A program made the position numbers and the translations under genes. The notes under the pieces were generated by a model. The model did no database searches. It was not told the DNA's origin and saw only the letters and a list, made by a program, of their open reading frames with translations. DNA of 64,000 nt from Candidatus Foliamicus sp. (GTDB lineage: Bacteria; Pseudomonadota; Gammaproteobacteria; Steroidobacterales; Foliamicaceae). Position 1 is the stretch's first letter. Every line of letters begins with the position of its first letter. Positions 18,967 to 29,507 of this stretch are shown here, one piece after another. The stretch spans positions 419,095-483,094 of the forward strand of contig OZ252226.1 in the NCBI GenBank assembly GCA_965249285.1. Direction: 5' to 3'.

Positions 18967-20162
18967 TCAATCCTCATGCCCAAAGATCTCTGATGCTGCA
19001 ATTGGGGAACCATCACGCTTAGCACCGAGAAGATCAACAGGTAGCGCGCATCCAGCAAATCTCCGCTGACCATTTGGGAAAAAAACAGGAACAATGCGAT
19101 GTATTTCAATGACCGGACCGTCGAGAACAGGAACCACATGAACGGCAACAACGCGATCATTCCGATGAACAGGCCTGCTTCAGAAACCAACTCCAACAGC
19201 ATGTTGTGCGGGTAATCGAACCCGAGGTTATCGGAAACACCATGCGCCCAGCTACCCCACCCAACACCAAGTGGGTGATCGGCAATGAACTCCAGTGTGT
19301 TCTCAATTTGGCGAAGACGGAGATCAATACTGGCGCTTGGCGCATCGCCCCTGAAAATAGTCCACAATTCGATGAGCGCCAACAGGCGCCCGCTGATCCA
19401 ATACTGCACCCCATAGAACAGGGCGGCGCCACCTACTATCAGGCTACCGGCCAAGGCCCGGCGTTCGGATTTGTTGGGTGAAAACGCCATCGCCAAACAC
19501 AACGACAGCACCAAAGCCAGCAGTGGTCCCTTTGATTCAGTCCATGCCGTGGCTAGTGCGAACACAAGGGCAAGTACATATCGCCATCGGCTCTTTATAG
19601 CTAGCAGCGCCGCAATGCTGGCGATACCCATCAACCTGGCGAAGACAATCGGCCCGTTCATAAAGAATGGCACTTCCCGATCAAACAGACCGTAGTTCCA
19701 CTTGTAGATAAACGCAACGATCAACAATCCGAAGAGACCCAAGATGAGCTGCCGAAGGAAACCGACCAACGTGGAATGTTGGATGACGAACAAAAAGTAC
19801 AGACTTGATAGAACAGATACGGCCAGAAGATTGAGCAACTTGAACGCACCGTAATCCGCGTCCGCACTCCAAGGGAGCATCAGCGCCAACAGAAAAACCG
19901 GTATCTGTAGAAGGAAGGCCGACCGAACAATATGACGGTTCAATCGCAGCGCGAAGATTCCCAGGGCCAATACGGCGAAGATGAAGATGTTGAGCGGAAT
20001 TCCCGAGACGATGAGCCGATCATCCCACCAAACATTGCCAATCAGACACGACAGCAATCCACCAGCGGTCGCGAGAAAAGCGGTGATGGTTACGCGGGTG
20101 CGTTTTTCAGTTGGCTGTCCTACGGAGGGGATATTTCCTGATGCAATCACATGCTCGCTCAT
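18963..20162 (-). CDS. O-antigen ligase/polymerase family protein (Wzy-like)
   Basis: Polytopic. TAWTESKGPLLAL...HPLGVGWGSW...FDYPHNMLLELVSEAGLFIG matches the Wzy_C/O-antigen ligase domain. Confidence 0.75.
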   Translation of the reverse strand: MSEHVIASGNIPSVGQPTEKRTRVTITAFLATAGGLLSCLIGNVWWDDRLIVSGIPLNIFIFAVLALGIFALRLNRHIVRSAFLLQIPVFLLALMLPWSADADYGAFKLLNLLAVSVLSSLYFLFVIQHSTLVGFLRQLILGLFGLLIVAFIYKWNYGLFDREVPFFMNGPIVFARLMGIASIAALLAIKSRWRYVLALVFALATAWTESKGPLLALVLSLCLAMAFSPNKSERRALAGSLIVGGAALFYGVQYWISGRLLALIELWTIFRGDAPSASIDLRLRQIENTLEFIADHPLGVGWGSWAHGVSDNLGFDYPHNMLLELVSEAGLFIGMIALLPFMWFLFSTVRSLKYIALFLFFSQMVSGDLLDARYLLIFSVLSVMVPQLQHQRSLGMRIE

Positions 20163-21016
20163 GTGAGCGTGCGAGCACGGACGACAAGTTTGAGAATCGG
20201 CCCCACGACAAAACCAAACAATACCCCGATGGCCACCAACAGCAGGCGCTTGGGCCTTTCATGCTTGTCCGGGTCGGCTACGAATGCTGGGTCAATCACT
20301 CGAAACGCATATTCTTCCGTCACGTTGGCGAGTATCTTGTCCTGGACCTTGCTTTCGATTAGACGAAATATGGCCTGCTGCAATTCAACCACATTGGTCG
20401 ATTCCAGTTCGAGATTCAAATAGGCAAGACTCTTGTCTGCATTGTCAATTGCCCGCTGCCGCATGATTTGATTGACCCGCTCGACTAAGCCATTGGCCCA
20501 TTCAGCCACCTTCGCACGGTCTCGCCACTCGACCCGCAATGTGATGAGATCACTATCGGTTTCCTCAATGACTGCGATTACATCCTCAGTGAGCAATTCA
20601 TACGCATCACCCATAGTGGGCACAGCATCGTCCGGCATCCAGTCGTTTCGAGAAGCGTCCCATGATGATTCGAACAGTTCCGGCATAAGGCGTTCCCGTT
20701 CAACAAATTGCGCAAGGAGCGAATACGATGTCAAGAGGGCCAAAGCTTCTGTCCTGCCTAATGACCGCTCAATATTATTAAATGCTTGCATCGGCACTCC
20801 CAGCCCGCCTCCAAGGCTACCGAGCAAGCGACCCGCGGATGAAGGATCACCTTCCTGAATCGGTGCCGGAATCATAACGACCTCGGACCGAAAGATCGGC
20901 GTTGCTAACAGACCATAGGCGAGAGCCAAGCCGCCGAAAAACAACACACATGCCAATATCCAATACTTAGCGGACAAAAGGGTCCGCGTAAACTCTTGCA
21001 CACCGAACGCGTCCAT
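20159..21016 (-). CDS. Wzz-type chain-length determinant (PCP) without kinase domain
   Basis: N-terminal Wzz motif region (LLSAKYWILACVLFFGGLALAYGLLATPIFRSEVVMIP), a periplasmic coiled segment and a C-terminal TM helix. 285 aa. Confidence 0.75.
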   Translation of the reverse strand: MDAFGVQEFTRTLLSAKYWILACVLFFGGLALAYGLLATPIFRSEVVMIPAPIQEGDPSSAGRLLGSLGGGLGVPMQAFNNIERSLGRTEALALLTSYSLLAQFVERERLMPELFESSWDASRNDWMPDDAVPTMGDAYELLTEDVIAVIEETDSDLITLRVEWRDRAKVAEWANGLVERVNQIMRQRAIDNADKSLAYLNLELESTNVVELQQAIFRLIESKVQDKILANVTEEYAFRVIDPAFVADPDKHERPKRLLLVAIGVLFGFVVGPILKLVVRARTLT

Positions 21017-21073
21017 ATGTTGGTCTCCCGTGGTTCGAACTGACTCACTACCGGCGACTACGCAGCCGTATGT

Positions 21074-23758
21074 TCACGACCCAAGCGCGTTGACCGCCGC
21101 GGCTGCGATGCCGAGGTTGTAGAGAATCTGCGTGGCCTTCGACCAGAACAAGACCGCCGGCATGCCCTCGGTATCCACCGGCACGACGATGGTATCGCCG
21201 GGCAACATTCGTGCTTCTCGACCACGTGCGAAGAACAGTGATGAACGACCTGCCATCACTTGCCCATCAGCACGAACCACATACGCGCGGCGACTATCAG
21301 CCTTACGGGTAAAGCCGCCGCTCCTCATGATGTAGTCGCCACGATCAAGGCCGGGTTTATACAGATGCGATGTGGGATACTGAACTTCGCCCAAGACCGT
21401 CACTTCCTGTACCGCATCGGGCACAATCAAGACATCCCCATTTTCCAGAATGATATTGCGATCCAGATTCGCAGCAATGATCGCCTTGAGGTCAATCACC
21501 AACCGTCCCACTGGAGTCGCGGCGCGCAGATCCTGGACCAACTGGCGACCAACATTAAGGCGCTGATAGGTATCCGGTTCCGCCCACTGGGTGACGGACG
21601 CCAATAACTCACGTTCCAAACGGCTGGCCAATAAGTTCAGTTGGTCTTGCTCACGCTCACGCAAATCAGATCGCAGGAATATGGTTCCTTGGACAAATGC
21701 GCGATCGGTCAATCCGCCGGCACGCCGCAATAACTCCGAAAGCCGTTCCTGCGGTTTTATGGCGTAGGTACCAGGGAACACGATCTCGCCCTTCAACTCG
21801 ACCGTATAGCGTTGGTTCCACGATTGCACGGGTTTGATGATGAGATGATCATGTGGCTTGAGCTTCAGGTCGGCTTGAGAATCGCCGGTCAAAGCTCTCG
21901 TGATATCAATATCAATGACCTCCAGTTCGACATACTCACCATCAATGACGTCGTAACGAGCCAATTCGGCATGCGCAATATAGGCAGATTCCATGAGGCC
22001 GCCGCCGGCACGAATCAAGTCACTGACGCGCATTCCAATATCCAAGGGATACATACCCTGTGCCCGGACCTCGCCCCCGATTTGTGCCACGGGAACTGGT
22101 TGGTTGGATCTGGCGCTGGAGCGAAGCTCCCCTATCAGGTCATTGACAATGCGTCCGCGCCCGACTTCCCGATTGAACACGTAGATCGTATCGCGCGCAT
22201 GCAGGATGAGATCCTGACTACCGCCCGGCGCCTGCCATGCGGCCTCCAGGTCCGCCGATAGTACGTCGATCCCCGTGCGCGCTTCGTTTTCGCGCCGTAT
22301 GAGAAGATAGTTGATATCTGTCTTGGACTTCAGAACTAAGGGCGAGACCAGCAGCTCCGTCAATCTCATGCCGGCATGCCATTCGTAAATGCCCGGTTTG
22401 TGAACATTTCCCGAGAGCCGTACTGCTTGCAGCAGTCGCCCGAGACCCGATCCGATCTGCACTACATCCCCATCTCTGACGACGACCCCACGCGCACTTG
22501 CCAAATCAAACTCTCGCACGGCGATGCCTTCATTGGATTCAATACGCTCCAACTTGATAGTCGACTGGTTTGCGGATGCCTTGAACCCACCGGCGATTTC
22601 AACCAATTCGCTGATCGTGGTCTCGCCCCGGGTCTCGTAGATTGCGGGGCGCTTGACTTCCCCATGGATCGCCACCGTGTCGCCAACCGGTGGAGCGAAA
22701 ATAACGTCACCTGGCTTCAAGCGTTCATCATCGCTGGTGTCGCCATGCAAGAGCAGATCGTATAGATCCAATGACGACACGGTTACGCCATTGCGCCGCA
22801 GATCAATACGACGCAAGGATCCGATTGTGGTAATCCCCCCGCTGACGAAAATTGCGTTGGTCATGGTAGTCAGTCCGCTGACCGTATAGGAGCCCGGTCG
22901 CGCCACATCGCCCAATACGAAGATGCGGATAGAACGCAATCGATCCATCGTGATGCTGGCTCGCACGCCGATCATCTGTTCGTTGACCCGCGCAATGAGT
23001 TCGTCCCGCAAAGTCTCGAAGGTCAAACCCGCCACTTCGACAGGGCCAATTTCCGGCAGGTTGATGAGTCCGTTGCGGTTAACCACCAGGAGATGTTGGA
23101 TGTTCTCATTACCAAAGAGTTGAATATTGATCGTGTCTCCCGGGCCAATGATGTAATCGACCGGCACCGGAATATCCGTTGCCGGCGCGAACGTTGTGGG
23201 CACACCCCGGAACAATCCGTATCCAAACTTGGTCAACGCATCCACGCCCACGGGATCAAGGGGCAACAGTGCTAGCGAAATGCCAAGGTCCTCAAGAACG
23301 TGCTCTGCTCGAAGCCGAACGATGGCTTCGCTAACCCGCAATCCCGCCAGCGGAATGGCTTCAACCCCAGGCAGGACAAGAGCGCCCGAACGATCGAGCC
23401 GATACGGGTTGCCGCGATGCAATTTCTCAACGAAGCCGTCATTCGCGGAACCGGAGGTGCCAACCTCAATCTGCACCACCACCGTGTCTCCCGGCGCAAG
23501 CCTGTATGACGCGCCGAAATCCTCGCTCTCTGGAACTGCTTCGATAAGGGTGGGGGAGTCAAGCGGCAGATCTTGAACACCGGGGCTCTGGCCCTGTAGT
23601 TGCCGCAGCACCGCCTCGCGTTGCGCGGGCGGCAGTGACTCCAACATCTCCATCTCGGCATCGGCCGATGACTGAGCGGCTGCGTTCGTAATACACGCCA
23701 GTGCAAACACGGGCGTCACAAGGATTCTATGAATGACTTTCAATGCCGAGGCGTGCAT
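21074..23758 (-). CDS. Large outer-membrane polysaccharide export protein (OPX; Poly_export + multiple SLBB domains)
   Basis: YIIGPGDTINIQLFGNEN (Poly_export motif). Repeated GDV.RPG.Y / GD.I.VP beta-grasp units run along about 895 aa. Signal peptide after the ATG at 23758 (MHASALKVIHRILVTPVFALACITNAAAQS). Confidence 0.85.
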   Translation of the reverse strand: MHASALKVIHRILVTPVFALACITNAAAQSSADAEMEMLESLPPAQREAVLRQLQGQSPGVQDLPLDSPTLIEAVPESEDFGASYRLAPGDTVVVQIEVGTSGSANDGFVEKLHRGNPYRLDRSGALVLPGVEAIPLAGLRVSEAIVRLRAEHVLEDLGISLALLPLDPVGVDALTKFGYGLFRGVPTTFAPATDIPVPVDYIIGPGDTINIQLFGNENIQHLLVVNRNGLINLPEIGPVEVAGLTFETLRDELIARVNEQMIGVRASITMDRLRSIRIFVLGDVARPGSYTVSGLTTMTNAIFVSGGITTIGSLRRIDLRRNGVTVSSLDLYDLLLHGDTSDDERLKPGDVIFAPPVGDTVAIHGEVKRPAIYETRGETTISELVEIAGGFKASANQSTIKLERIESNEGIAVREFDLASARGVVVRDGDVVQIGSGLGRLLQAVRLSGNVHKPGIYEWHAGMRLTELLVSPLVLKSKTDINYLLIRRENEARTGIDVLSADLEAAWQAPGGSQDLILHARDTIYVFNREVGRGRIVNDLIGELRSSARSNQPVPVAQIGGEVRAQGMYPLDIGMRVSDLIRAGGGLMESAYIAHAELARYDVIDGEYVELEVIDIDITRALTGDSQADLKLKPHDHLIIKPVQSWNQRYTVELKGEIVFPGTYAIKPQERLSELLRRAGGLTDRAFVQGTIFLRSDLREREQDQLNLLASRLERELLASVTQWAEPDTYQRLNVGRQLVQDLRAATPVGRLVIDLKAIIAANLDRNIILENGDVLIVPDAVQEVTVLGEVQYPTSHLYKPGLDRGDYIMRSGGFTRKADSRRAYVVRADGQVMAGRSSLFFARGREARMLPGDTIVVPVDTEGMPAVLFWSKATQILYNLGIAAAAVNALGS

Positions 23759-23772
23759 GCGTTCCGATTCCT

Positions 23773-25263
23773 TCAATTCATTGGGTATTGGATATTCGAT
23801 CGCCACTGCACAAAGGCCCGGACGTCAAATTCTTCACGAATTGGAATTCGTTGCCGTATCCAATCGAAGCCAATACCTACTGTGATATGCGCCCAAGGGT
23901 AGCCGCGCCGATGTGTGATATTGAGGCTTGTCATACGCTTCTTGACCCCGGCCAACTCGCTGGCGCTGCCGTTCAGATCGTGACGATTCAAATCTGCATG
24001 GCGTACGGCCGCAAACCACTCGGGACCGCGGTCACTCACCAACAGGGCGCTGATGGATAAAGCGCGGCTGTCTTCATCCAGCGACGAACCAATGACGCGT
24101 CCTCGATACCGATAGCCAGAACGGTAAATGTGATGCCGATACGCACAGTCGTAGTGCCGGTCGCCACTAATTACACCACAGGTGGTGCCGGCGGCCTCGA
24201 CACGCAAGAGTATATTGTGATCATGCCATCGCAGGGCGCGTTCAATACCGAGCAAACCAAGATGCCTGCTCGGCAAACCGCCAGCCTCGTCTTCGCCCGT
24301 GACTTGAGCATACAGGGCGCCGAAGGGTGAGACATAGCGAATGCTCAATCCCGCTAGCTGGTTGCCGGGTTCCGTCCTGATTTCAGCCGCATCAACATTG
24401 TCGCGCCCGGCTAACAGATCCAAGAATGTGCCTAAACCACACGGACGCTCTTTACCACACCATTGGGCTGTACGTTCAAGTGCAAGCTCCAGTGTCGGCA
24501 ATGGCTTGAAGTTGAATTGCCAACCAAAGAATCGGGCTTGAGGAACCACGCGTTGGTTTTCCAGCTGCCCCATCACAATGCTTGTACTCCACGGGCCGAG
24601 CCAGCGCAGCCAGGCGGACTCGAAACGGTCGGGGAAGTTGCGCTGCACCGATAGCGCAGGGATCGGCCGCGTGTTCGTGGACAAGATCAGATTGTCATCC
24701 CAGCCTGCGCCCCACCACCGGTCTACCATCCCAATGGTAACGAGCCAATTGCCAAGCGCCATAGCACCCCAAGAACCGTCCAGACGTAGCCGTTGACCGT
24801 CGATTGGATCGCCGTTGACCGTTGTGATTGCCAACTGTGACGCGAACCGCTCGCCAGTCCATCCAATCGTTGCGTTTGCCTCCCAGTTAGCCCGAGGTTC
24901 TGCGAAGAAGCCTCGCAATCGTGGCGGTTCCTTCGAAGCTGCCAGTGAGATCCTGGCGGAAGGCTCAAATAGCCGTGTCTCTCTCAGTATTCGAATCTTG
25001 ACACGGTCGAGTGCTGCCTCAGCATGGGCATCTATAGGATGATTCGAGCGTTTGAAGCTATCCAGATCGCTAATAATGCTGCCCCATGGCAATGGCCAAG
25101 CCATCATGGGTGTCGATATCAATCCAGCATCCGCCAACACATGGAGATCATGACGCAGTGTAGGGTCGCCAGGGCTAATCCACGGTGCGGCGGTCACGTG
25201 ATGCGCATGTGTAATCCCAATGAGGAGCGCAAATAGGAGCTGGATTCTTGACATCCTAGACAT
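23773..25263 (-). CDS. wzi: Capsule assembly protein Wzi family
   Basis: Signal peptide, then ISPGDPTLRHDLHVLADAGLISTPMMAWPLPWG and DRWWGAGWDDNLILSTNTRPIPALS. Both are characteristic of Wzi. Confidence 0.8.
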   Translation of the reverse strand: MSRMSRIQLLFALLIGITHAHHVTAAPWISPGDPTLRHDLHVLADAGLISTPMMAWPLPWGSIISDLDSFKRSNHPIDAHAEAALDRVKIRILRETRLFEPSARISLAASKEPPRLRGFFAEPRANWEANATIGWTGERFASQLAITTVNGDPIDGQRLRLDGSWGAMALGNWLVTIGMVDRWWGAGWDDNLILSTNTRPIPALSVQRNFPDRFESAWLRWLGPWSTSIVMGQLENQRVVPQARFFGWQFNFKPLPTLELALERTAQWCGKERPCGLGTFLDLLAGRDNVDAAEIRTEPGNQLAGLSIRYVSPFGALYAQVTGEDEAGGLPSRHLGLLGIERALRWHDHNILLRVEAAGTTCGVISGDRHYDCAYRHHIYRSGYRYRGRVIGSSLDEDSRALSISALLVSDRGPEWFAAVRHADLNRHDLNGSASELAGVKKRMTSLNITHRRGYPWAHITVGIGFDWIRQRIPIREEFDVRAFVQWRSNIQYPMN

Positions 25264-25278
25264 CCGGATTGTTCACTC

Positions 25279-26496
25279 TCATTGCCGGATCGCGGATTCC
25301 AGTACGCCCAGAACATCGCCTGCCAAGCGGTCTCTTGAGAAGCACTCACGAGCCAACTGCAGCGCGGCCGCGCCGGCGCGTTTGACGCGACGCTCCGAAC
25401 TGAAGAATTCCTGAATCAACTTGGCGGCCACGCGTGGCTTATCAGGAGGAACAACAAGCCCGATGCCTTCACTACGAATGAGATCTGCCTGCCAGCCCTC
25501 ATAATTGATCAGCACAGGTCGACCCGCGGCTAGCGCATCGAAAAACTTATTGGCCGAATTGTGTCGCATCTCGGGGACATTGGTGAACAAGGAGGCGGCC
25601 AAATCCGCCTGATGCAGCACTGCCGGCATGCTCATCTTGGGAACAGCCGGTATCAGCCAGAAATTCTGATCTAATACACCGAGATGTCGTGCCTTGTCTC
25701 TCACCTGTTCTGCCAATGCGCCATCACCAATCACCACGCTGGATATCGGCGCCCTGTCCCTGTGCAGCTGATGTGCCACATCGACTAAGTATTCAACACC
25801 ATTAATTCTTCCAATAGTGCCGGCATAAACGATGACATGGGGCTTTAATCGCGCAGTTTTGAAATCCTGCTGCAGAAGCCCATTGACTAACGTGTCGTTT
25901 TGGAACAAAGCGATATCGCATGCATTCGGAACAATGGTGATCTGATCATCGGGATAGCTCGTTCGGGCTATTCCGTCGGCCATACCGGGCGATAGCGCTA
26001 CAATATGTGCGGAATTGCGATACGTAATACGCTCTAACCATTTGGCTGCTCCGATAGCCACGGGATTTCGAAGCGCCCCCACGGCAATAGGCAGTTCGGG
26101 CCACAAATCCCGGACCTCGAACACCATCGGAATATTCAGTCGTTTTGATGCATACAAACCCGGGATCGCGATCGTCAGAGGCGTGCTTGTCGCAAAAACC
26201 ACATCACCGCCCAGTTTGACAGCTCGAGGGCCTGCTGCGAGGGCGAATTTGCCGAACGCCACCATCCGTCTATGGAATGACATGGCATTGTTGTACCCGA
26301 CGGGTAATTGGTGAACCCGTATCCCCTCAATCTCACAGACCTGCCATTCATGTATCTTGTTGGCCGGCGAACGATCACTGGTGATCATCTCGACCTCGTG
26401 CCCAGCTTCCACCCAACGGCGCGCCATCTCATATGAACGCGATCCGCCATGCATTTCCGGCGTCGAGAAATATTGGTGCAAGTAGAGAATTCTCAT
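25279..26496 (-). CDS. Glycosyltransferase family 4 (WbuB-like)
   Basis: MRILYLHQYFSTPEMHGGSRSYEMARRWVEAGHEVEMITS is the WbuB-type N-terminus. C-terminal GT-B domain present. Confidence 0.85.
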   Translation of the reverse strand: MRILYLHQYFSTPEMHGGSRSYEMARRWVEAGHEVEMITSDRSPANKIHEWQVCEIEGIRVHQLPVGYNNAMSFHRRMVAFGKFALAAGPRAVKLGGDVVFATSTPLTIAIPGLYASKRLNIPMVFEVRDLWPELPIAVGALRNPVAIGAAKWLERITYRNSAHIVALSPGMADGIARTSYPDDQITIVPNACDIALFQNDTLVNGLLQQDFKTARLKPHVIVYAGTIGRINGVEYLVDVAHQLHRDRAPISSVVIGDGALAEQVRDKARHLGVLDQNFWLIPAVPKMSMPAVLHQADLAASLFTNVPEMRHNSANKFFDALAAGRPVLINYEGWQADLIRSEGIGLVVPPDKPRVAAKLIQEFFSSERRVKRAGAAALQLARECFSRDRLAGDVLGVLESAIRQ

Positions 26497-26525
26497 TTAG
26501 TTTCGTGTACTAAATACAACCGCGC

Positions 26526-27659
26526 TCAGATGAAGTCAAGATTTTTGCACGGTGCATCATTGGCGTTTCCTGACAGTGGAGCCCGAACATCGGTCATTCC
26601 TCCGTGTGGATGAAGGCGCAACTTCGAAGCACCGCCTGCAATGAGTGATTCCACGTTGCTATAAATGCTGTCCCGATAGTCTTGTACGAGTCCACCTCGG
26701 ATGGCTTGAACGACTTGTTCTATGCCCCGCTGGACCGTCCACGCGGGTTTGAAATCAACCGCCTGCTTGAATTTGTTGAAATGCACGCGATAGTCGCGTA
26801 GATCCGAGTCACTATGATTGATTTGAGTCTGAGCAGATGGAACCACCGTCTGGATCAGGTCACCCAACTGCTTGATCTGATAGTTCTGCTCGTTAGATCC
26901 CACATTGAATATCTGTTCTCCAACCGCATCTAAGGGGGCATCAATGACTTCAAATATGCCAAGCGCCGCATCCCGCACATGAAGGAAGGGACGCCATTGG
27001 TCTCCGCCTGATAACGTGATGCTTCCTTCCTTAATCGCCTTGGCCGTCAAAAGATTGACAACCAAGTCAAACCGGATGCGACCGGACAAACCATAGAGGG
27101 TGCCAAATCGGAGAATCATGGGATGGAATGTGGATGAGGCGAGCCGAAGCAATAGCTTCTCGGCGGCGAGTTTGCTCCGGGCGTAGATCGATATCGGATT
27201 CAAAGCCGACTTCTCGGTTAGGATTCCATTGCCCGTTCCATAGACCGAACACGTCGAGGCAAAAACGAACCGATTGGCATGGTTTTTCTTGGCAATTTCA
27301 GCGATCATGCGGGTCGCTTCGATATTGATATCAACCGTCAATCGTTCATCAAGATTGCATGCAGGGTCGCCAACGATAGCTCCCAGATGCACCACCACAT
27401 CCATCCCCTGCATCGCCTCCACCACACGATCTACGTCTCTGAAATCCGCTTCAATGATCTCCAACCGCGGATGGCTAATGAGATTAGCGATGGGATTGCA
27501 CCCGAACAATAGGATGTCCAACAGCCGAACCTGAAAGCCATGATCCAGTAGCCGTGGCAACAGCGCGGATCCGATATACCCCGCACCTCCAATTACCAGG
27601 ACGTTCCGCGAGGCCCGTCGCACTCGCCGACTGGAGGTGTGTTTATCGGATGTATTCAT
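26526..27659 (-). CDS. NAD-dependent epimerase/dehydratase (extended SDR)
   Basis: Rossmann motif VLVIGGAGYIGS and catalytic YARSK. Confidence 0.85.
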   Translation of the reverse strand: MNTSDKHTSSRRVRRASRNVLVIGGAGYIGSALLPRLLDHGFQVRLLDILLFGCNPIANLISHPRLEIIEADFRDVDRVVEAMQGMDVVVHLGAIVGDPACNLDERLTVDINIEATRMIAEIAKKNHANRFVFASTCSVYGTGNGILTEKSALNPISIYARSKLAAEKLLLRLASSTFHPMILRFGTLYGLSGRIRFDLVVNLLTAKAIKEGSITLSGGDQWRPFLHVRDAALGIFEVIDAPLDAVGEQIFNVGSNEQNYQIKQLGDLIQTVVPSAQTQINHSDSDLRDYRVHFNKFKQAVDFKPAWTVQRGIEQVVQAIRGGLVQDYRDSIYSNVESLIAGGASKLRLHPHGGMTDVRAPLSGNANDAPCKNLDFI

Positions 27660-28849
27660 GCGGAGGCCTTTGCTCTATGTAATGTCTTGCGGATTGGGAT
27701 TGCATACTCATGGATACTCTTGATCGCATCAGCGATCCGCAAACAGATATGATGTTCCATATTGGACCAAATGGGCAAACTCACGCTTCGATGCGCAAGC
27801 ATGTCCGTTGTGGGCAAGCGCTGATCTGATTTCACATATTGCCGATAAGCCGTCTGCCTGTGGACAGGAGGATTGTAATACCGCCGAACATCAATGTTTT
27901 CCGCGTTCAATGCGATAACCAGTTCATCCGCAGTCAACCCGAATTCGTCATGAATCACGATCGAATAGTCCTTGTAGGAACAACGGTTGGTTGAATCAAC
28001 TGTTTGGAATTGGATCCCCGGCAAGCAACTCAATTGGCGTTCATACAGCGCCGCCAACTGATTGCGATGCTGTACTGCATCTTCCACCAATCGGAGACTA
28101 TGGATTGCCATCACGGCGCTGAATTCTGGTAATCGTGCACTGAGACCAGCAAATTGGCTGTTGTAGTCTGTCATGCCGTATTCACGACCCAGTCGTATTT
28201 GCTGCGCTAGATTTTCATTGTTGGTTGCCACGATCCCGCCTTCGCCGGCAATGACTAGTTTGGTTGGACTGAGACTGAACACCTCTGCGGCGCCAAATGC
28301 GCCAATGGGCCGTCCATTGTGAAGGCTGCCAAAGCCGTGTGCCGCATCAAAGATCAGTTTGAGCCCATGCTTGTCTGCGATTTGTTCCAAGGCATCAATT
28401 GCCGCAGGGTTACCAAAGTTATGTACGGCCATGATTGCCCTCGTTTCGGGCGTGATGGCGCGCTCGGCAGCCTCCGGCATCAAATTGGTCGTACCGATAT
28501 CAACATCGGCAAACACGGGTCTCATTCCGGCCCACACGCAGGCAGCAACGGTCGCCATGAACGTGAAACTGGGCACAATTACCTCACCTGATTTCAGTCC
28601 CAGCCCGCGTAACACCAAGATCAGGCCCGCCGTGCAGCTGGACACGGCGATTGCATGCTCCACCTGCAAGTACTCTGCCATTTTGGCCTCGAGTTGCTTG
28701 AGGTGGATGCCCTTGGTGACCATTCCACTCTGGAGGATCGCCTCAATCTCGGATTGCAATTCATGTAGTTGCGGCAATACGGGCCGGACGATGTTGATTC
28801 GTTGATCAAATACGGGCGAACCATCCAAAATTGCTGGATGCGTTGACAT
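27656..28849 (-). CDS. DegT/DnrJ/EryC1/StrS-family sugar aminotransferase
   Basis: VIVPSFTFMATVAA...DAAHGFGS...FSLSPTKL (PLP lysine). Start placed at the ATG at 28849 (MSTHPAILDG). Confidence 0.9.
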   Translation of the reverse strand: MSTHPAILDGSPVFDQRINIVRPVLPQLHELQSEIEAILQSGMVTKGIHLKQLEAKMAEYLQVEHAIAVSSCTAGLILVLRGLGLKSGEVIVPSFTFMATVAACVWAGMRPVFADVDIGTTNLMPEAAERAITPETRAIMAVHNFGNPAAIDALEQIADKHGLKLIFDAAHGFGSLHNGRPIGAFGAAEVFSLSPTKLVIAGEGGIVATNNENLAQQIRLGREYGMTDYNSQFAGLSARLPEFSAVMAIHSLRLVEDAVQHRNQLAALYERQLSCLPGIQFQTVDSTNRCSYKDYSIVIHDEFGLTADELVIALNAENIDVRRYYNPPVHRQTAYRQYVKSDQRLPTTDMLAHRSVSLPIWSNMEHHICLRIADAIKSIHEYAIPIRKTLHRAKASA

Positions 28850-28862
28850 TGTGTCCCATATG

Positions 28863-29507
28863 TTATTTGATTCGTTTCGCCGGCACACCCACCACTGTCG
28901 CATCTTCCGGCACATCACGCGTCACTACGGCACCGGCGCCCACGATGCTTCTTGCCCCCACGGTGATATTCTGCAGGATATTGGCTCCTTGCCCAATATA
29001 AGCGCGATTGCCCACATGCACGTTGCCCGCGAGAAGAGCCCCGGGGTTGATGTTGCAACAATTGCCGATCGCGCTGTCATGACCAACGGTAGTGGCCAAA
29101 TTTAAGATCGTATGATTGCCGATACGCGCGTTAGCGTTCACGATTGAATTTTGAGCGATCACGATGCCATCGCCCAGTTGGGCCGTCGGTGAAATCCAAC
29201 TCTGAGGTGAAATCGCATTGGCGAATTCATATTGAAGAGGTTGAAATCGAAGCGCAAGCTTGTGGGCAACATTGGGGTCGCCAAAGGCAAAAATGATCGC
29301 CAGCGGTTTGTCCTTGGGATATCGTTGCAGCCAGGACAGGTCGCCTAGAACCTGTTTCCGCACTAGGGTCTGCCCATGAAGGGATGGATTCTGATCGATG
29401 AATCCAAGTACCGGTACGTCGGCACGGTCGTCAAGAATTTCTGCAACTTCACGCCCAAAACCGCCCGCTCCCACGATCACAATGGGCGTAGTCTGTTCGC
29501 TAGTCAT
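28863..29507 (-). CDS. NeuD/PglD-family sugar N-acetyltransferase (hexapeptide repeat)
   Basis: IVIVGAGGFGREVAEIL N-terminal domain followed by left-handed beta-helix repeats (IGNHTILN, IGNCCNINPGALLAGNVHVGNRAYIGQGANI). Confidence 0.8.
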   Translation of the reverse strand: MTSEQTTPIVIVGAGGFGREVAEILDDRADVPVLGFIDQNPSLHGQTLVRKQVLGDLSWLQRYPKDKPLAIIFAFGDPNVAHKLALRFQPLQYEFANAISPQSWISPTAQLGDGIVIAQNSIVNANARIGNHTILNLATTVGHDSAIGNCCNINPGALLAGNVHVGNRAYIGQGANILQNITVGARSIVGAGAVVTRDVPEDATVVGVPAKRIK